Shown: positions 9,583-22,354, counted from the first letter of the whole stretch. The stretch: DNA of 58,794 nt, filler included, from Sanchytrium tribonematis (GCA_018985235.1; 4 parts of 4 records of this genome joined end to end with filler, not necessarily neighbours in it), one strand, 5' to 3'. A program made the numbers and translations. The notes: generated from the sequence alone by a model not told the origin.

Positions 9583-12500
9583 ATGAGTTGGACGGGCAAA
9601 TTTGTTTTCTTGACCAACCCAGAAAAACAATTAGTTTCCGGTGAAGTCATTGCTGAACAGGAAACATCAGTCACTGTCACCACTGTTGATGGAGAGGAGC
9701 TGTTTTTGGATAAAAAAGCGGTTCGGGAAATGGATCCATCTGAATATAAGGGTGTGGATGATCTCATCAACCTGACATTTCTTGACGAAGCTGCATTATA
9801 CCATTCGCTATGGACGCGATTTTTTCAAAACAAAATTTACACCTACTGCGGAAATATTCTCGTGTCAGTTAATCCATTTAAAATAATTGACGATCTTTAT
9901 ACACTTGAAACAGCTAAAACATATTACAACGCAGAGTTCGGATCTAAGGACCCACATATCTTTGCTATTGCAAATGAATGTTATTCCTCATTAGGTCGTG
10001 ATCAGAAGAGCCAATGTGTCGTCATAAGTGGAGAATCTGGTGCTGGAAAGACAGAAGCCACTAAGCTAATTTTACTTTTTATTACAACAGTCACATCACA
10101 TACATCAGATGTGCAAGAACAAATTATATCCGCGAGTCCTATTTTGGAGGCATTTGGTAATGCAAAGACAGTAAGAAATGATAATTCAAGTAGATTTGGA
10201 AAATTTCTCAAAGTACATTTTAATGGTGCGGGACAAATTGTGGGTGCCACTACTAAACAGTATCTTTTGGAAAAGTCAAGATTAGTTTCCCAGAATAGAG
10301 AAGAGAGAAATTACCACATATTTTATCAAATTTTACAAGGAGCTTCAGATGAGTTAAAAGATAGACTTAAATTGACTACCGCAGAAGATTATTTTTATTT
10401 ATCCGGATCTACACCAACAATTCCTAGAGTCGATGACGCTGAAAATTTTAGAGAAGTTACTCGTGCCATGGAAATGTTGAATTTTGGAAATGCAAAGGAT
10501 CAAATTATTCAAGCGTTGGCAGCTATTCTTCACCTTGGGAATTTGCAATTCGATATTGATGATAAGGAAAAGATTTTTATAAAAAATAAGGATGTCTTGA
10601 CTCATGTTTCGGGTTTAATTGGACTCAATGTTGACGATTTTGGTAAAATTATTATAACAAGAACTACTGTCACTAGAGGAGAGAAGTTTGAAACTCCATT
10701 GACTAAGGAACAAGCTGCCGATAGTCGAGATGCAATTGCTAAATTTCTTTATGACAGTTTGTTTAGTTTCATTGTCGAGTTCATAAATTTAACGACCTCT
10801 AGCAAAGGTTTGACTAACTTGTATATTGGAATATTGGACATTTTTGGATTTGAAAATTTTGAGAAAAATAGCTTTGAACAATTTGTATTCTTTTTCTAAT
10901 TTAGTGCATTAATTTTGCCAATGAAAGGTTGCAATACTTCTTTAACCAGCATATATTTAAAATGGAACAAGAAGAATACAAAAAGGAAGGCATTCCGTGG
11001 TCGAGTGTTGATTTTATAGACAATGCACCATGTATTGAGTTAATTTCAAGAAAACCTATTGGAGTTTTGGCTTTGTTAGACGAAGAAAGTAATTTTCCAA
11101 AAGGAACTGATACAAGTTTACTTACCAAATTACACCAGCAATGTGTTGAAAGTAAGTATTACGTCAAGCCAAAACAAGCTAAACCATTATTTAGCATTGT
11201 CCATTATGCTGGGGAAGTGCAATATCAGATTGACGGGTTTATCGATAAGAACAAAGACACATTAAGACAAGAAATTTTGGAATTGTTTGGAACGAGTAAG
11301 GTTGAGATTATTCAGCAACTTTTCGCAAGTTCTGAAATCCCTTCTAATTATGATGCTGACAAAGGAATTACAATCAAGAATGCCACCACAAGATTACGTG
11401 CCAGCAAAACAGATAAGAAGGCCACCGCTGGAGCACAAAAGAAGGCCACACTAGGAACACAATTTAGTTTATCACTGTCAGAATTAATGGATACACTAGG
11501 ATCCTGTAATCCATATTTTGTGCGTTGTGTCAAACCAAATCAAAAAAAGGTTTGCGACAGAATCGACCGTAAGGTAGTTTTGGATCAATTACAATATTCA
11601 GGTATGTTGGCAACTGTGAAAGTGCGAAAGGCTGGATTTCCAATCCGAATGATGTATACAGAGTTCATTCGACGATACAATATGATCTGCTCCACGGCCA
11701 AAAACGCTAAGCCAAAAGACGCCGTAGATACAATCATTAAGGCTGTTGTAGCTACAGACCCATCAATCAACAAAGCATGGTTTTATTTAGGTGCATCCAA
11801 GCTATTTATGAAGCAAGATCTACAAAACATTCTTGAAAGGCGAAGAGGTGAAAAATTTGCCGTTTATGCGATCCGTATTCAAGCCCGATGGAGAGGCTAC
11901 AAACAGAGAAAAGAATACCTCAGAGATTTATTTTTAGTGGTCAGAATTCAAGTAAAAGTGCGTATCTTTGTCAGAAAAATAAAATTCCGACGACGAATGA
12001 GATCGGCACTTATTATTCAAAAAGTCTATAAAGGATATATCCAGAGAAAGAAATTTAAGAAGATGCTTGCAGCTTATAGAAAACAGCTTGAACAAAAGCG
12101 TATGGAAGAAGAGCGAGCTCGAGCAGCTGAAGAACAGGCAAAGTTGGATCAATTAAATGCCATGGCCATGGAATTGCCACCTGAAATGTTGAATCTTCCC
12201 CCTCCACCTATGTTGCCAGACTTAAATGATCTACCACCTCCACCCCCAATGTTCTTCTCCGACATCCCTTCATATAAATATGACGAAATGGCAGCGAAAG
12301 TAGGCAATTCCGTTCCAGATATCAATTTGGCCGATTTACCTCCACCACCTACATTCCCTCCTCCGGGGGCAATGAAATTTAAATCAGGATCGAAAGATTT
12401 GCTTGTTGTTAAAGATGATCGAAGAGAATCTGTGGCTACAACAAATTTAGACGACGATGACGATGTCAAGGTGGCAGAAGTAGCTTTGCCCGATGCAATT

Positions 12501-13625
12501 CAGGACATTTTGGATGATTTGAATGATATTTTTGACGATGCATCCATTACCCCAAATAATCCAAGAAAACAATCTGTTACATCCGTTAATTCAAATTTGA
12601 AAAAATTTATTCCTAAAGAATCTAAAGACGGAAGGATTAGCTACCAACTACCAGAACTTATCAGGAAAAAGCTAAACCACAATATCAGACTATTAAACTT
12701 TGGTGACTTAATACCCGTCGTGAGAGTTGAAACACATATTACTGCTGTGCGAAAGAATTTAATTCCTGACGAACATGCATTAAAGAAGGTAGCAGCTGCT
12801 CTTTTTCAAGATCCAAATGATTTTGAGTATTCAAAAAGGAAATTAGCTAAGAGTTTATTAGCTTTGGACGATTCTGTCAATTTAATCGCATTACGACTCA
12901 ACAAGACTATTTTGAAACTAACTCATGAGACAATTGATCCAAAAGTATTTTTTCATAGTGTCTGGTACATGGCCGAAGAAATTCGTGCTCATCCATCGTT
13001 AAAAGATGAAATGATATGTCAGGTTTGGAAGCAAATTAACAATTGTCCAAATTCTGAAATTAAAACAAAGACTTGGGTTATTCTTTGTCTATTTTTACAG
13101 TGTTACATTCCAAGCAATACCATTAAACAAGGTTTGTGCTCGTTCATGATTTCAAACAGCGTTGATGAACTCGGAAGACTATGCTTAGAATGTTTGTGTC
13201 GATTAAAATCAGAAGAAAGAAAATCTCCGATTTCTGGAATCGAATGGATAGCAATCACTAAGACACAAATGGTAACTTTGCCCGTTGAGACCACTACCGA
13301 AGAATCTATAAATATAGGATTGGATGGATTAGCCACGACAAAAGAATTAGTAACAGCATTTGGAAACTTTTATGGAATAAATGGCCAAGGGTATTCCTTG
13401 GAGCTTGAAATGGAAGGAGAGACAGTACCATTTGATAGTGGTGAAATGGTCTTGGATGTCATTGGCAATATTGAAAAAACAAAGAACGGGGTCACGCCTT
13501 ACTATTACTGCGGAGAAAATGCTACTGTGGTGGAAGAAGAACCTAGCGATATGTCAAAATCTACGTCTATGCAAGAAAGCATGCATTCTTCATTGGCGGA
13601 ACTCAGACCAGGTAATGCATATTAG
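9583..13625 (+). CDS. Unconventional myosin with IQ motifs, Pro-rich region, MyTH4 and partial FERM (exons 9583-10884, 10905-13625)
   Basis: GESGAGKT, NDNSSRFGK, LDIFGFE, NSFEQF|CINFANE restored by splicing; LKDEMICQVWKQ MyTH4 motif. Confidence 0.92.
10885..10904 (+). other. 20-nt intron GTATTCTTTTTCTAATTTAG
   Basis: Removal restores myosin NSFEQFCINFANE. Confidence 0.95.
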
Positions 13626-13733
13626 TATGTACTCAGTAAATTAATTTAATTTAACGGGATTGCTTGAGAAAGACTTAAACATTACAAAATTTGTCTGCGA
13701 ATTTGTTCCTGAAACACACGTTCTTGTTCATTT

Positions 13734-14719
13734 ATGTTGCATCAAAATTGGCTGATTGCCGCTCTTTTATTTATACTAATACTAATTTTATTTGCGAAGC
13801 AGTCATATTTTATCTATTATGTACCTAAAATGGAAAATAACTATATATGGCTAAACAGTACTCACTTTCTGGTTAATTATGCTAAAGTATATACAGGAAA
13901 TCAGTATCAATATAACTTGAACTTAATCTAGATGTCAGAGATATCACGGTATGTCCAGACTTTATTATTTTAAAATCGAATACCCAACCATTAAATCGGC
14001 ATTCAACGATTGCTGATTATTACAAATATTCGTCTGATGGCAATAATATACCCATTGAAACCTCTGTACAATTAATGGACTGTAATTTTTATGTCAAGGA
14101 AAATAATTTATATTCGCTAGAGAAACAAATTATTCATCAGGGAAATGATAGATTGTTTGTGGGAGTAGCAGATTGGGTTTTTGAAGAAGAAATTCTCCTT
14201 AAATCTCAGGCTTTTACCACATTAAAGGATCAGTCGGTCGCATATTTGGTTTTTGATGAAAGTCCAATCAATCAATATCCAATTTTGAATCCAAATTTAG
14301 AGACTACTTACCCAGATATTACTAAATGGGATTATCCTCGACCTGGCACAAAAAATCCGATTGCAAATCTTTATTATCACGATGCAGATAGAAGTAAATT
14401 TCAGATCACTACTTATGATGACAGCGCTTTTCCCACTGACACCATTAAATTAAATCAATATTTGATCTACAAGGAATTTAATAGAGTTCAATCCAAACTG
14501 TTGTACAAATCTTATGACCTTTTGAAAAATACATCTGAAGATCTTAAAAGTTTTGAAGCTCCTTGGATAGAAGCAAATCCCTATAAAACACTTCTAGTAG
14601 ACAGTGAGAATATGATTGATATTATCAACCATGTGCTTGTAATTTTCACTTACCCATTCAACTTGATATATTCATCTGGAAACTTGAATGACTTTACTTC
14701 TGATATCCAAGTTAGAAAT
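13734..14719 (+). CDS. Dipeptidyl aminopeptidase (DPP-IV/Dap2-like), 3'-partial, with a frame break near 13912-13931
   Basis: N-terminal TM anchor, RHS..ADY, GVADWVFEEEI, YPRPGTKNP. Confidence 0.75.
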
Positions 14720-14819
14720 NNNNNNNNNNNNNNNNNNNNNNNNNNNNNNNNNNNNNNNNNNNNTTAATTAATTAANNNNNNNNNNNNNNNNNNNNNNNNN
14801 NNNNNNNNNNNNNNNNNNN
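14720..14819. other. Artificial contig linker (N44-TTAATTAATTAA-N44)
   Basis: Six-frame-stop spacer inside an N run; identical at all three sites. Confidence 0.98.
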
Positions 14820-16024
14820 ACATCTAAACTCTTTAACGCGGCTCCCAAAGCCCATCCTGTTTCCATCGTTTTAATTTTCTTCACTACTTTCAATTGCCTA
14901 TTTTCATGTAAGCCATAACCAGTTAACAAAAGTTCTACAACATAGGAGAGTTGCATACAAGCCAAAGGTTCAGTTTTGCGAAGTGAAATAACGTTTTCAA
15001 TTTTAGTTTTAACCCTGGTATAGTCACACAATTCCTTTTGTAAATCAGAGATATCTGATATTTTAGGATAGTCGGGTACAGTCATTCCAGGCAAATGAGT
15101 TAAATCATAGATATATGAAAATGCATAAATATCATTATTAAACGTGGAAATATCAGGAAAATGCAATTTCATTCGGCACGGGTGAGACTGTTCATCATCG
15201 CAATTCTCGTGGTCCACAAACAGCTTGCTATGTATCAGCTCCCGACACAAAGATGAAGCATCAACAGATTCCGCTGGGCCATATTGCATAATTTCTTTTC
15301 CATTTTTTACAAATAAACTTTGAACTCTTTTGTCTAAACAAGGGTTGTCACTAACACCCATAGATTCTCTCACTGTATCCAAAGCTTCATGTAGACCATA
15401 TCCAAGAAACGAATTGGCGTACAACGAGTATTCTTTTTTATATTTATACCTTTGAGTGAAGTCCATATTTTCAAAGACTATTTGTGTTGAAGCTCCTCCC
15501 AAGTCTATTATTGCTGCAGTTTTTTGAAAATTTTCTGCAAGATAATTCACTGTCAGCCAGGCATATAAAGCTTCATCGATACCACTCATTACCTCGATTC
15601 CTAAAATCTTAAATGGATAGAAGCTAAAAAGTTGTCGAATTTTAGCTATGATAGACTTACCCCCATCAGGGAGAAGCCTTAAACCTGCCGTGGCTTGGAG
15701 TTGGATGGGAGTGCATTGTTGATAAGATTTGGGAATCGCATCGATAGCAATTTGCAACAAATCTATAAGAGATTCGCTTCCTTTTTCAGGTCCCAATTTT
15801 GACAACCCTGGCTTAGTTTGTACGAATATTTCATCTTTCAGATTATTACAAAACAAATAAACGTGAACTCTTGAGCCTGTTGACCCGGCGTCAAATACTA
15901 TTGCATATCGTTTGTTCTCACACACCTCCGAGTAAGGGCTGTATTTTTTTAAGCTCTTGGGTACATTTGTAGGATCCAGAGTTAATATGATGCATATAGT
16001 AAATAAAACCCAATTTTGAAGCAT
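14820..16024 (-). CDS. GDA1: GDA1/CD39 nucleoside diphosphatase, 3'-partial
   Basis: DAGSTGSRVHVY, ATAGLRLL, EALYAWLTVNY, DLGGASTQ, GWALG apyrase conserved regions. Confidence 0.88.
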
Positions 16025-16035
16025 GGAGAAATGTT

Positions 16036-19000
16036 TTATTTTGCGAAATATGCGACAAATTCTGGCAAATAAAATGAGGCATAGGAAGACATAAAATGCT
16101 CATGTTCAGAGTTGTGAGCACTTACATGATTATGTGCTAATTCATGAGCAAATACCATGAACCAGTAACTTGATGCTTTTAAGATATCTTCGTTTTCTTG
16201 AATGTTTATAAAAACAACCAAATTGAAAAATAATGCTCTATTCCTATTAAAAGCTATGGCCTCTGAAGATTCCTCGTAAAATATGTTAATGGCTTGATGA
16301 TTTAGTTTGTAAATATCGCAAATTATTAAAAGTATACTGGAAAACTCCAATACCTTACTCTCCACTTCACTCAATGTAATAGAATGAGTTTTACCACCAA
16401 AAATGGAGATTCCATTAATGCTTCCTATTTTTCTTAAATTTTCGCCCAAATAAACATCACAGCTGTATTTGGCAGCATCCAATTGAATAGGCTCTCTAAA
16501 TGTAGCAGGCTCGATAGATTCGGAAGCTTCTTTTCTAGCATTCTGAATTGAAGACTTCAAATTAGCTTCGAGGGCTTTGTGCATCTTAGTGTTCATATTC
16601 TTTACCGTGGATTTCTCAAAACTACTTTCAAAGCTAGGTAGTAAAGACCTAATTTGATCCAAAGTAGTTCTCTGTTTTCTGCCGACATTGTCATCACTTT
16701 TTTCATTGAGGGTCTGAGATTTGCTATTTAAATTGACTACAGTATCGCTTGGAGAAGATTCGTTTTGAGGAAGAAGAATTTGGTTGTCAAAAATGTTGGG
16801 CTTCTCAAATTGTTTCGGATACAATTTTTCGACGGGATACCCACGTCTCTTTAGGTCGCTCAATGGTATTGTAAGCAAGGTATGCACAAGCAGATGCTGA
16901 TGAATTTTGGGAGCATGGTATATGATTCTCGAAATTTCTATTGCTATGTGGTACATGTCCAAACATTTTGTACTTAAAAATAATTTTTCATTGTAAAGAG
17001 CGGAAGTAAATTCCTTTTTCAAATTTCCATTGAAATTGTAACACACCTCGATTTCTGAAACTTCTCTAACAATTAAATTTTCAAGTGCTGACCTACTGGT
17101 GTCATTTATGGACAAATCGAGCTGCCTTTTTTGATCGTAAAGAAAAAGAGGAATGCGAAATTTAATTTCGTTGGAAACATTCTCACTGTCCGCTGAAACT
17201 TTGGGAATACCTCTTATTTCAAATGTTTTAGATACAGCCTCGGAAATCCAACGAACTCCCAATAATTGATATAGATCCAACAATTGTTCGGAAGGGCACA
17301 AAATTGGTTCAAATAACGAAACCAAATATTGATCATCATTTAAAAATATACTATCCACAGTTCCAAGGATGATTTGGTTATTGGATATCCCGATTATTTT
17401 TTGGCCTAGTTTTTTTCGCAATGTTGAACTTAAATTTTGCTTGCTTAAATATAATAACAACTTTTGATAATAGCTGAAATCTGCGATTGGAAGCAGATCT
17501 ACCACTTCTTGCGGATCAGGAATCTGTCTTACGTTAAGGTTGATAAGAAACTGGTTTGCTGTAGGAGTGAAATTTACGAATCTGAAAAAATCCTCAAATT
17601 CTTGTGCGTTATTCAAATAGACCTCACTTGGTTTAAACATGTTGTTCTTATAAGGAACGAAATTGAGACTGTTGATTCTTGCAATATCCTTGTAATGCAA
17701 GGAAATTTGACTGCAATATTCCATTATTTGAATAATATCCCAATTCAAAGGATCAGTGGTATATAGCTTTAATGACTCATAAACGAAGGACGACGACGGA
17801 GATGATAGTAACAATCTATGGTCTTTAAAATATAGCGCACCTGGTAAGCATAAAGTTTCTTTAGTACTAAATGTGTTGTCATACGACCCTAAGAGTCTGA
17901 CTCCGTCTTTGTTTAAGGCCGGAATAAAAGGAACATTCAAATGATCTCTATAATTTTTAATTCTATCAAGTAAATAATTAAAAAATTTATCATCATAAAT
18001 GTTGTCTAAAATAATTTCAAATGGTATTTCAATTTTTACACCAAGTTTAATCATTAATTGGCACTCTTTCTTTGAAAGATGCCATTTGTAGTCTAATTTT
18101 TTTAAATTTAAATCAGAAAATTGGGGCAACTGAGCATATAAGTCGCTTGCGATATAAAATGAATTATTACAAGGAAATATTTTTGCAGATCTCAATTTAG
18201 CGAAGTCGCCGGCAGAGAGGTCTTGATTTGATAAATATATAATGAGATCCTTAAAATTCCAATTTAATGACTCAAGTCTGTCAAATAACAATTGCAAATC
18301 AACAACACTCTGAAATTGCAGAAATTTCTCAAATTCTTGAGAAAGTTTTGCTTCTGGGCGCGGCAAATCTTTGAATATGATTTTGGAAACAAAGACTTCT
18401 GATGGAAATAGTATTCCAAGCTCTGTTGGAATACATTTATGCGTGTGAAAAATATTTCTAAGTTTAGTTTTTTCTGCCGAGGTAAATGAAAATAGCATGT
18501 TGTTGTAATTCAAGAGTAGCCTATTAAAATCTTCAGTTTGCAGTTCTTGCTGAAAAATAAATTCAAGAAAATCTACCATTGATAACTTCACCAAATGTTT
18601 AAAGGGTAAACTCAAATCTTTAATACCTAATGCACGACTTAACTCGCATGGAAAGCAATAGTTAGGAACTGAAAAATCCGGGAATATTTCTGAAGCCAAA
18701 TGATAATGTGTGAATTGAGAGCAGCTGACTTGTTGGCCTCTGAAAACAAATTTGATATTGCTGATAATTAATGGATATTCGGGTATATCTAAATTATTAA
18801 GCAGCCATGTGTAAAAATGATTCCAAATATTTAAGTCCTCCTCAGGATTAAAAATTGTAGATTTGAGTTGCTCCATGACATGAGTAGCCGAAAAGTGCAT
18901 TACGCAATTATAAATTTTTAATTTGGCGCAAAAATTGGTCAATTTGAGAGTGGATTTTGGAAAAAATATCGGCACGCAACTTATAAAGCTATCTAATGGA

Positions 19001-20490
19001 TCTGATTTAAATATGCCTGGGATGCCATTTACAACGAAAACACAATCTCGAATCTGTGACTTTCCTACAGTAGTCAAAACGGGAAATTCGAGAATGTCAC
19101 CCAAAAAATTATAATCTAAGCAATTTGACACTGTATCTGAAGGAGTAGATGTTTCAATATCGAATTGATCAAGAAGGTGTGTGAACTGATTCACAAATTC
19201 TAAATATTTTTCAGAATTCGATTGGGCGGCAGTTGGAAATTGTAAGACAGAATTGCTGTATAGCAGTGAGAGTTTTTGGAGTTCAGATTCGTAAGCACAC
19301 CGAAAAATTTTACCTGCTATTGACAATAATTCGAGATTCCACATCCGTAAATGCGAGTCAACAAAATCAATCTGTTCTCTCTCTACGGTTGGAATAAATT
19401 GACTATAAAGGTGGACCTTGCAACCAGTAGTTTGGAATGTAGGAAATCCTATAAAAATTTTCCCAAATCTGGGATTATAATCAGATAAGACGTTGTCTTC
19501 ATCAGAGCTCGCAATACTTTCGCTGTAGGTAGAGTATAGAAAATTAACCGCCGGAAAGTTTGGAGGTTGTTTTTTTGTCATTCTATAATATTTGGTAACA
19601 AAGTCTTTAGATACTTTGGTAGCCAGCCTACAACTGCATAATCTATAAAATTTGACCAGCTTAATTTCACTCTCAAAATCAAGAACTGATGAATCTATTT
19701 TGGTACCCCAAAAAGTCGAAAGTATGGATGATTTTAAGGAGCGACGAACTGGAAAGTAACTTACAGAAAGTTGAATTGGATGATAAAGTATTTCGCTAGC
19801 CTTGAAAAAATTGTTTTCCGAGGCCATATGTGAATTTGCCATAGGAAGTGAGGGTGCCACTGCTTTTTTAAGAGTAATAACTTTGCTTTCATCGAAAAAA
19901 ATTTCAGTGCCAATTAGATTAGTAGTGAACATCATACTTCGACATAAAAATTTTGTAAAATCCTTCGTATCGGGAAATGACATAGGTTCTCTCAGAACTA
20001 GGGTAAAAATTGTCATCCTGTTGCCATTTTCAGCCAGTTCTGTAGCATGAGGAAGATCTCCGACCCTAGTAAATAATTGGTCACCTTTCCAAAAGAAACC
20101 CATGAATTTTTTGCCGGAGGATACAAAAGGCTCTTCACACAACGAAAATAAGCTGTAAAAGCCTACTCCAAAAAAACCAATTTTAGTCTCATCCGGATTT
20201 CCCTCGCTAATTTTTCGTAGTCGATCCCAATCAGCCTCTGAAAATGCAGCGCCATCGTTCATATATTCGATACGGGTAACCAAAGAATTTTCACTGTAAA
20301 ATTTAATAGTTGCGATTTTGGCTTTGGCATCATTTGAATTTTGTAGCAGTTCTCGAAATACTGTGTATTCCCCCGAATATCTAGCTAATATTTTGTCAAT
20401 TAAATGCCGCTGATTCACCTTGACCTCTTCTTCAACAACATTTTCGTATAATCCATTTAACACTTGTCTATGGAGTTCGAATAAATTCAT
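16036..20490 (-). CDS. Large sacsin-like GHKL ATPase protein (DUF3684-type)
   Basis: RELLQNSNDA, GNPDETKIGFFGVGFYSLFS, C-terminal HELAHN zincin-like motif. Confidence 0.85.
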   Translation of the reverse strand: MNLFELHRQVLNGLYENVVEEEVKVNQRHLIDKILARYSGEYTVFRELLQNSNDAKAKIATIKFYSENSLVTRIEYMNDGAAFSEADWDRLRKISEGNPDETKIGFFGVGFYSLFSLCEEPFVSSGKKFMGFFWKGDQLFTRVGDLPHATELAENGNRMTIFTLVLREPMSFPDTKDFTKFLCRSMMFTTNLIGTEIFFDESKVITLKKAVAPSLPMANSHMASENNFFKASEILYHPIQLSVSYFPVRRSLKSSILSTFWGTKIDSSVLDFESEIKLVKFYRLCSCRLATKVSKDFVTKYYRMTKKQPPNFPAVNFLYSTYSESIASSDEDNVLSDYNPRFGKIFIGFPTFQTTGCKVHLYSQFIPTVEREQIDFVDSHLRMWNLELLSIAGKIFRCAYESELQKLSLLYSNSVLQFPTAAQSNSEKYLEFVNQFTHLLDQFDIETSTPSDTVSNCLDYNFLGDILEFPVLTTVGKSQIRDCVFVVNGIPGIFKSDPLDSFISCVPIFFPKSTLKLTNFCAKLKIYNCVMHFSATHVMEQLKSTIFNPEEDLNIWNHFYTWLLNNLDIPEYPLIISNIKFVFRGQQVSCSQFTHYHLASEIFPDFSVPNYCFPCELSRALGIKDLSLPFKHLVKLSMVDFLEFIFQQELQTEDFNRLLLNYNNMLFSFTSAEKTKLRNIFHTHKCIPTELGILFPSEVFVSKIIFKDLPRPEAKLSQEFEKFLQFQSVVDLQLLFDRLESLNWNFKDLIIYLSNQDLSAGDFAKLRSAKIFPCNNSFYIASDLYAQLPQFSDLNLKKLDYKWHLSKKECQLMIKLGVKIEIPFEIILDNIYDDKFFNYLLDRIKNYRDHLNVPFIPALNKDGVRLLGSYDNTFSTKETLCLPGALYFKDHRLLLSSPSSSFVYESLKLYTTDPLNWDIIQIMEYCSQISLHYKDIARINSLNFVPYKNNMFKPSEVYLNNAQEFEDFFRFVNFTPTANQFLINLNVRQIPDPQEVVDLLPIADFSYYQKLLLYLSKQNLSSTLRKKLGQKIIGISNNQIILGTVDSIFLNDDQYLVSLFEPILCPSEQLLDLYQLLGVRWISEAVSKTFEIRGIPKVSADSENVSNEIKFRIPLFLYDQKRQLDLSINDTSRSALENLIVREVSEIEVCYNFNGNLKKEFTSALYNEKLFLSTKCLDMYHIAIEISRIIYHAPKIHQHLLVHTLLTIPLSDLKRRGYPVEKLYPKQFEKPNIFDNQILLPQNESSPSDTVVNLNSKSQTLNEKSDDNVGRKQRTTLDQIRSLLPSFESSFEKSTVKNMNTKMHKALEANLKSSIQNARKEASESIEPATFREPIQLDAAKYSCDVYLGENLRKIGSINGISIFGGKTHSITLSEVESKVLEFSSILLIICDIYKLNHQAINIFYEESSEAIAFNRNRALFFNLVVFINIQENEDILKASSYWFMVFAHELAHNHVSAHNSEHEHFMSSYASFYLPEFVAYFAK

Positions 20491-20512
20491 GTTTCACATA
20501 AAATTAAACAGT

Positions 20513-21208
20513 TTATTTTCTAATATATATACTATTAATGGCTTCGTCGCCCCATGCTTCGGCATCTTTAAAAGTGTCTTCATTTTTTAAATGAGTCCAT
20601 TTGGACTGGCCTTTTTTTCCGAAATTTTTGACTTGCAATATTTGAGGAAGATCACTTTTGTCCATTTTATCAAGACCAGTAGCTTCGTTGTAGTCTCTGT
20701 TGATAATTTGATTTAAACCGTCAAGATAGAATGCGCCTTTATGATAATGTTTTTGTAAATAATTTGGTTTCAAGAGCGTATTCTTTGTTTTAGCTTGTTC
20801 AAATAAACGCTTGGTATAAATTTCATTCCTTTCATGCTCTGGTAATGACCTGAAACTTTCAATTTCTTTACACAAATTATCATATGCCATTCTTTCTTCT
20901 TTGTCCCTGATTAACCTTTCTAACTCACGAATTTTCCAATTTTCTACTTCAAGCAAGGCATCCTCATTATCTGTATCGTCAACTGATTTAATTTGATATT
21001 CATCTGATTTCAAAGATGTCAACTTTGTATTGTTCTGTAATTTCTCATGATGAATCAGGAAATCAACATTGTCGTCATCTACAATTGATTTAATATATTC
21101 GTTTGGCAGCTTTAAATTCTTATTTGGCTTGACATATTGAATAGGGCTATATTTTTTTCCATAAATAGAATCAGAGTCACTAGTTCCAGATTCGCTTTCT
21201 GAGCTCAT
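20513..21208 (-). CDS. MFAP1: Splicing factor MFAP1 homologue
   Basis: WKIRELERL, LQKHYHKGAFY, QVKNFGKKGQSKWTHL. Confidence 0.9.
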   Translation of the reverse strand: MSSESESGTSDSDSIYGKKYSPIQYVKPNKNLKLPNEYIKSIVDDDNVDFLIHHEKLQNNTKLTSLKSDEYQIKSVDDTDNEDALLEVENWKIRELERLIRDKEERMAYDNLCKEIESFRSLPEHERNEIYTKRLFEQAKTKNTLLKPNYLQKHYHKGAFYLDGLNQIINRDYNEATGLDKMDKSDLPQILQVKNFGKKGQSKWTHLKNEDTFKDAEAWGDEAINSIYIRK

Positions 21209-21268
21209 ACTGTATAAAGCAATGTTCTAGAGGAGTAAATAAATTTGGGGTAAAAGCGTTTAAAATAT

Positions 21269-21697
21269 TTATTTCTTCGATAAAATTGCAGATAAAATGC
21301 CAATTCCTGCCACTGCAATTCCGCCGATGATTCCCAGACCAATAAGTCCGTCCTTTTCCATAGCAAGACCAATTTCTTGATCGAGTTCATTGATATAAGG
21401 ATAGCTTTGATCAAGCATACGCAATTGATCTAGATATTTTCTGGCTTCATGGTACTTCTTCAACCTGTAATAAGCACAAGACATCCAAAACAATGCCTGA
21501 TGCCTGATATCTTGCTGATTTAATAAAGAATTGAGCAAGGAAATTGATTGACTTGGATTTGTTTGTACCAGCTGAATAGAATATTGCAATGTAGTGTTGA
21601 CCGTGGGATATGGTGACTCTTCTAGATATTTAGAGCGAATTTTCTTCAGATCTTCGACAGATGGCTTCCCAAAAGTGCGAATAACAAAATCTGACAT
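21269..21697 (-). CDS. FIS1: Mitochondrial fission protein Fis1
   Basis: TPR-like helices and C-terminal anchor KDGLIGLGIIGG... Confidence 0.8.
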   Translation of the reverse strand: MSDFVIRTFGKPSVEDLKKIRSKYLEESPYPTVNTTLQYSIQLVQTNPSQSISLLNSLLNQQDIRHQALFWMSCAYYRLKKYHEARKYLDQLRMLDQSYPYINELDQEIGLAMEKDGLIGLGIIGGIAVAGIGILSAILSKK

Positions 21698-21759
21698 CGA
21701 TTGTTTTGTAATCTCCGTTTCAATTACAATAATATATAAACAATTTATTCACAAATGAT

Positions 21760-22354
21760 TTATGGAAAAAGATTCACTGAGATGCAATTTTGAGGCGTTT
21801 GCGGTGGGCTCATGGTTTGCTGAGTTGGTGGGGGTATATACATCGGCAAGGTCACTTTAAGCTGCGGTTGAATCCAATTACTTAAAAGTAAAGCGTAATG
21901 TTCCATTTCAGCGAAATTTACATGTAATTTGTAATCTAGGATTATTAAAAAATCTTTTTCTAGGTCATTCAACTCAAATACATTTAAACCACCAACCTAA
22001 ATAAAATATTGTTACTCTGGCATAGTGTTTGCTGGTATAAAAAATATCACTTAACAATTTGGTCCCTGCCATTATTGCTGTTATAACCAATCGATGAATG
22101 TTGAAAGAGTTTATAACAATTTTCCTTTGAGCAAGTCGATCAAAATAGACCAATAATGCTATCCAAGCATCATTTGAAGTAGGAGAATACTTTTGTATTC
22201 TGGCGAGATAGTTGTAAATGTCTATATTTGGTATACTTTTGGCATGGAATTTTGAAGTTTGTGTTTTTAGACCATTATTAGCTTCGATCATTCTTGTTAG
22301 AATATCAGCAACCACCATTATCAATCTATCCACTTTAAACTCAAAGACATTCAT
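21760..22354 (-). CDS. Pho80/Pcl-type cyclin (exons 22354-22016, 21996-21760)
   Basis: FHAKSIPNIDIYNYLARI, NIHRLVITAI, YAR|VGGL...ELNDLE. Confidence 0.85.
21997..22015 (-). other. 19-nt intron GTAACAATATTTTATTTAG
   Basis: Removal restores YARVGGL. Confidence 0.93.

Noticed and set aside
13612..13636. Mini-intron extending the myosin tail
   Set aside because: GT..AG spans here (14 and 25 nt) do not fit the YTNAYHTAG consensus and no long ORF follows.
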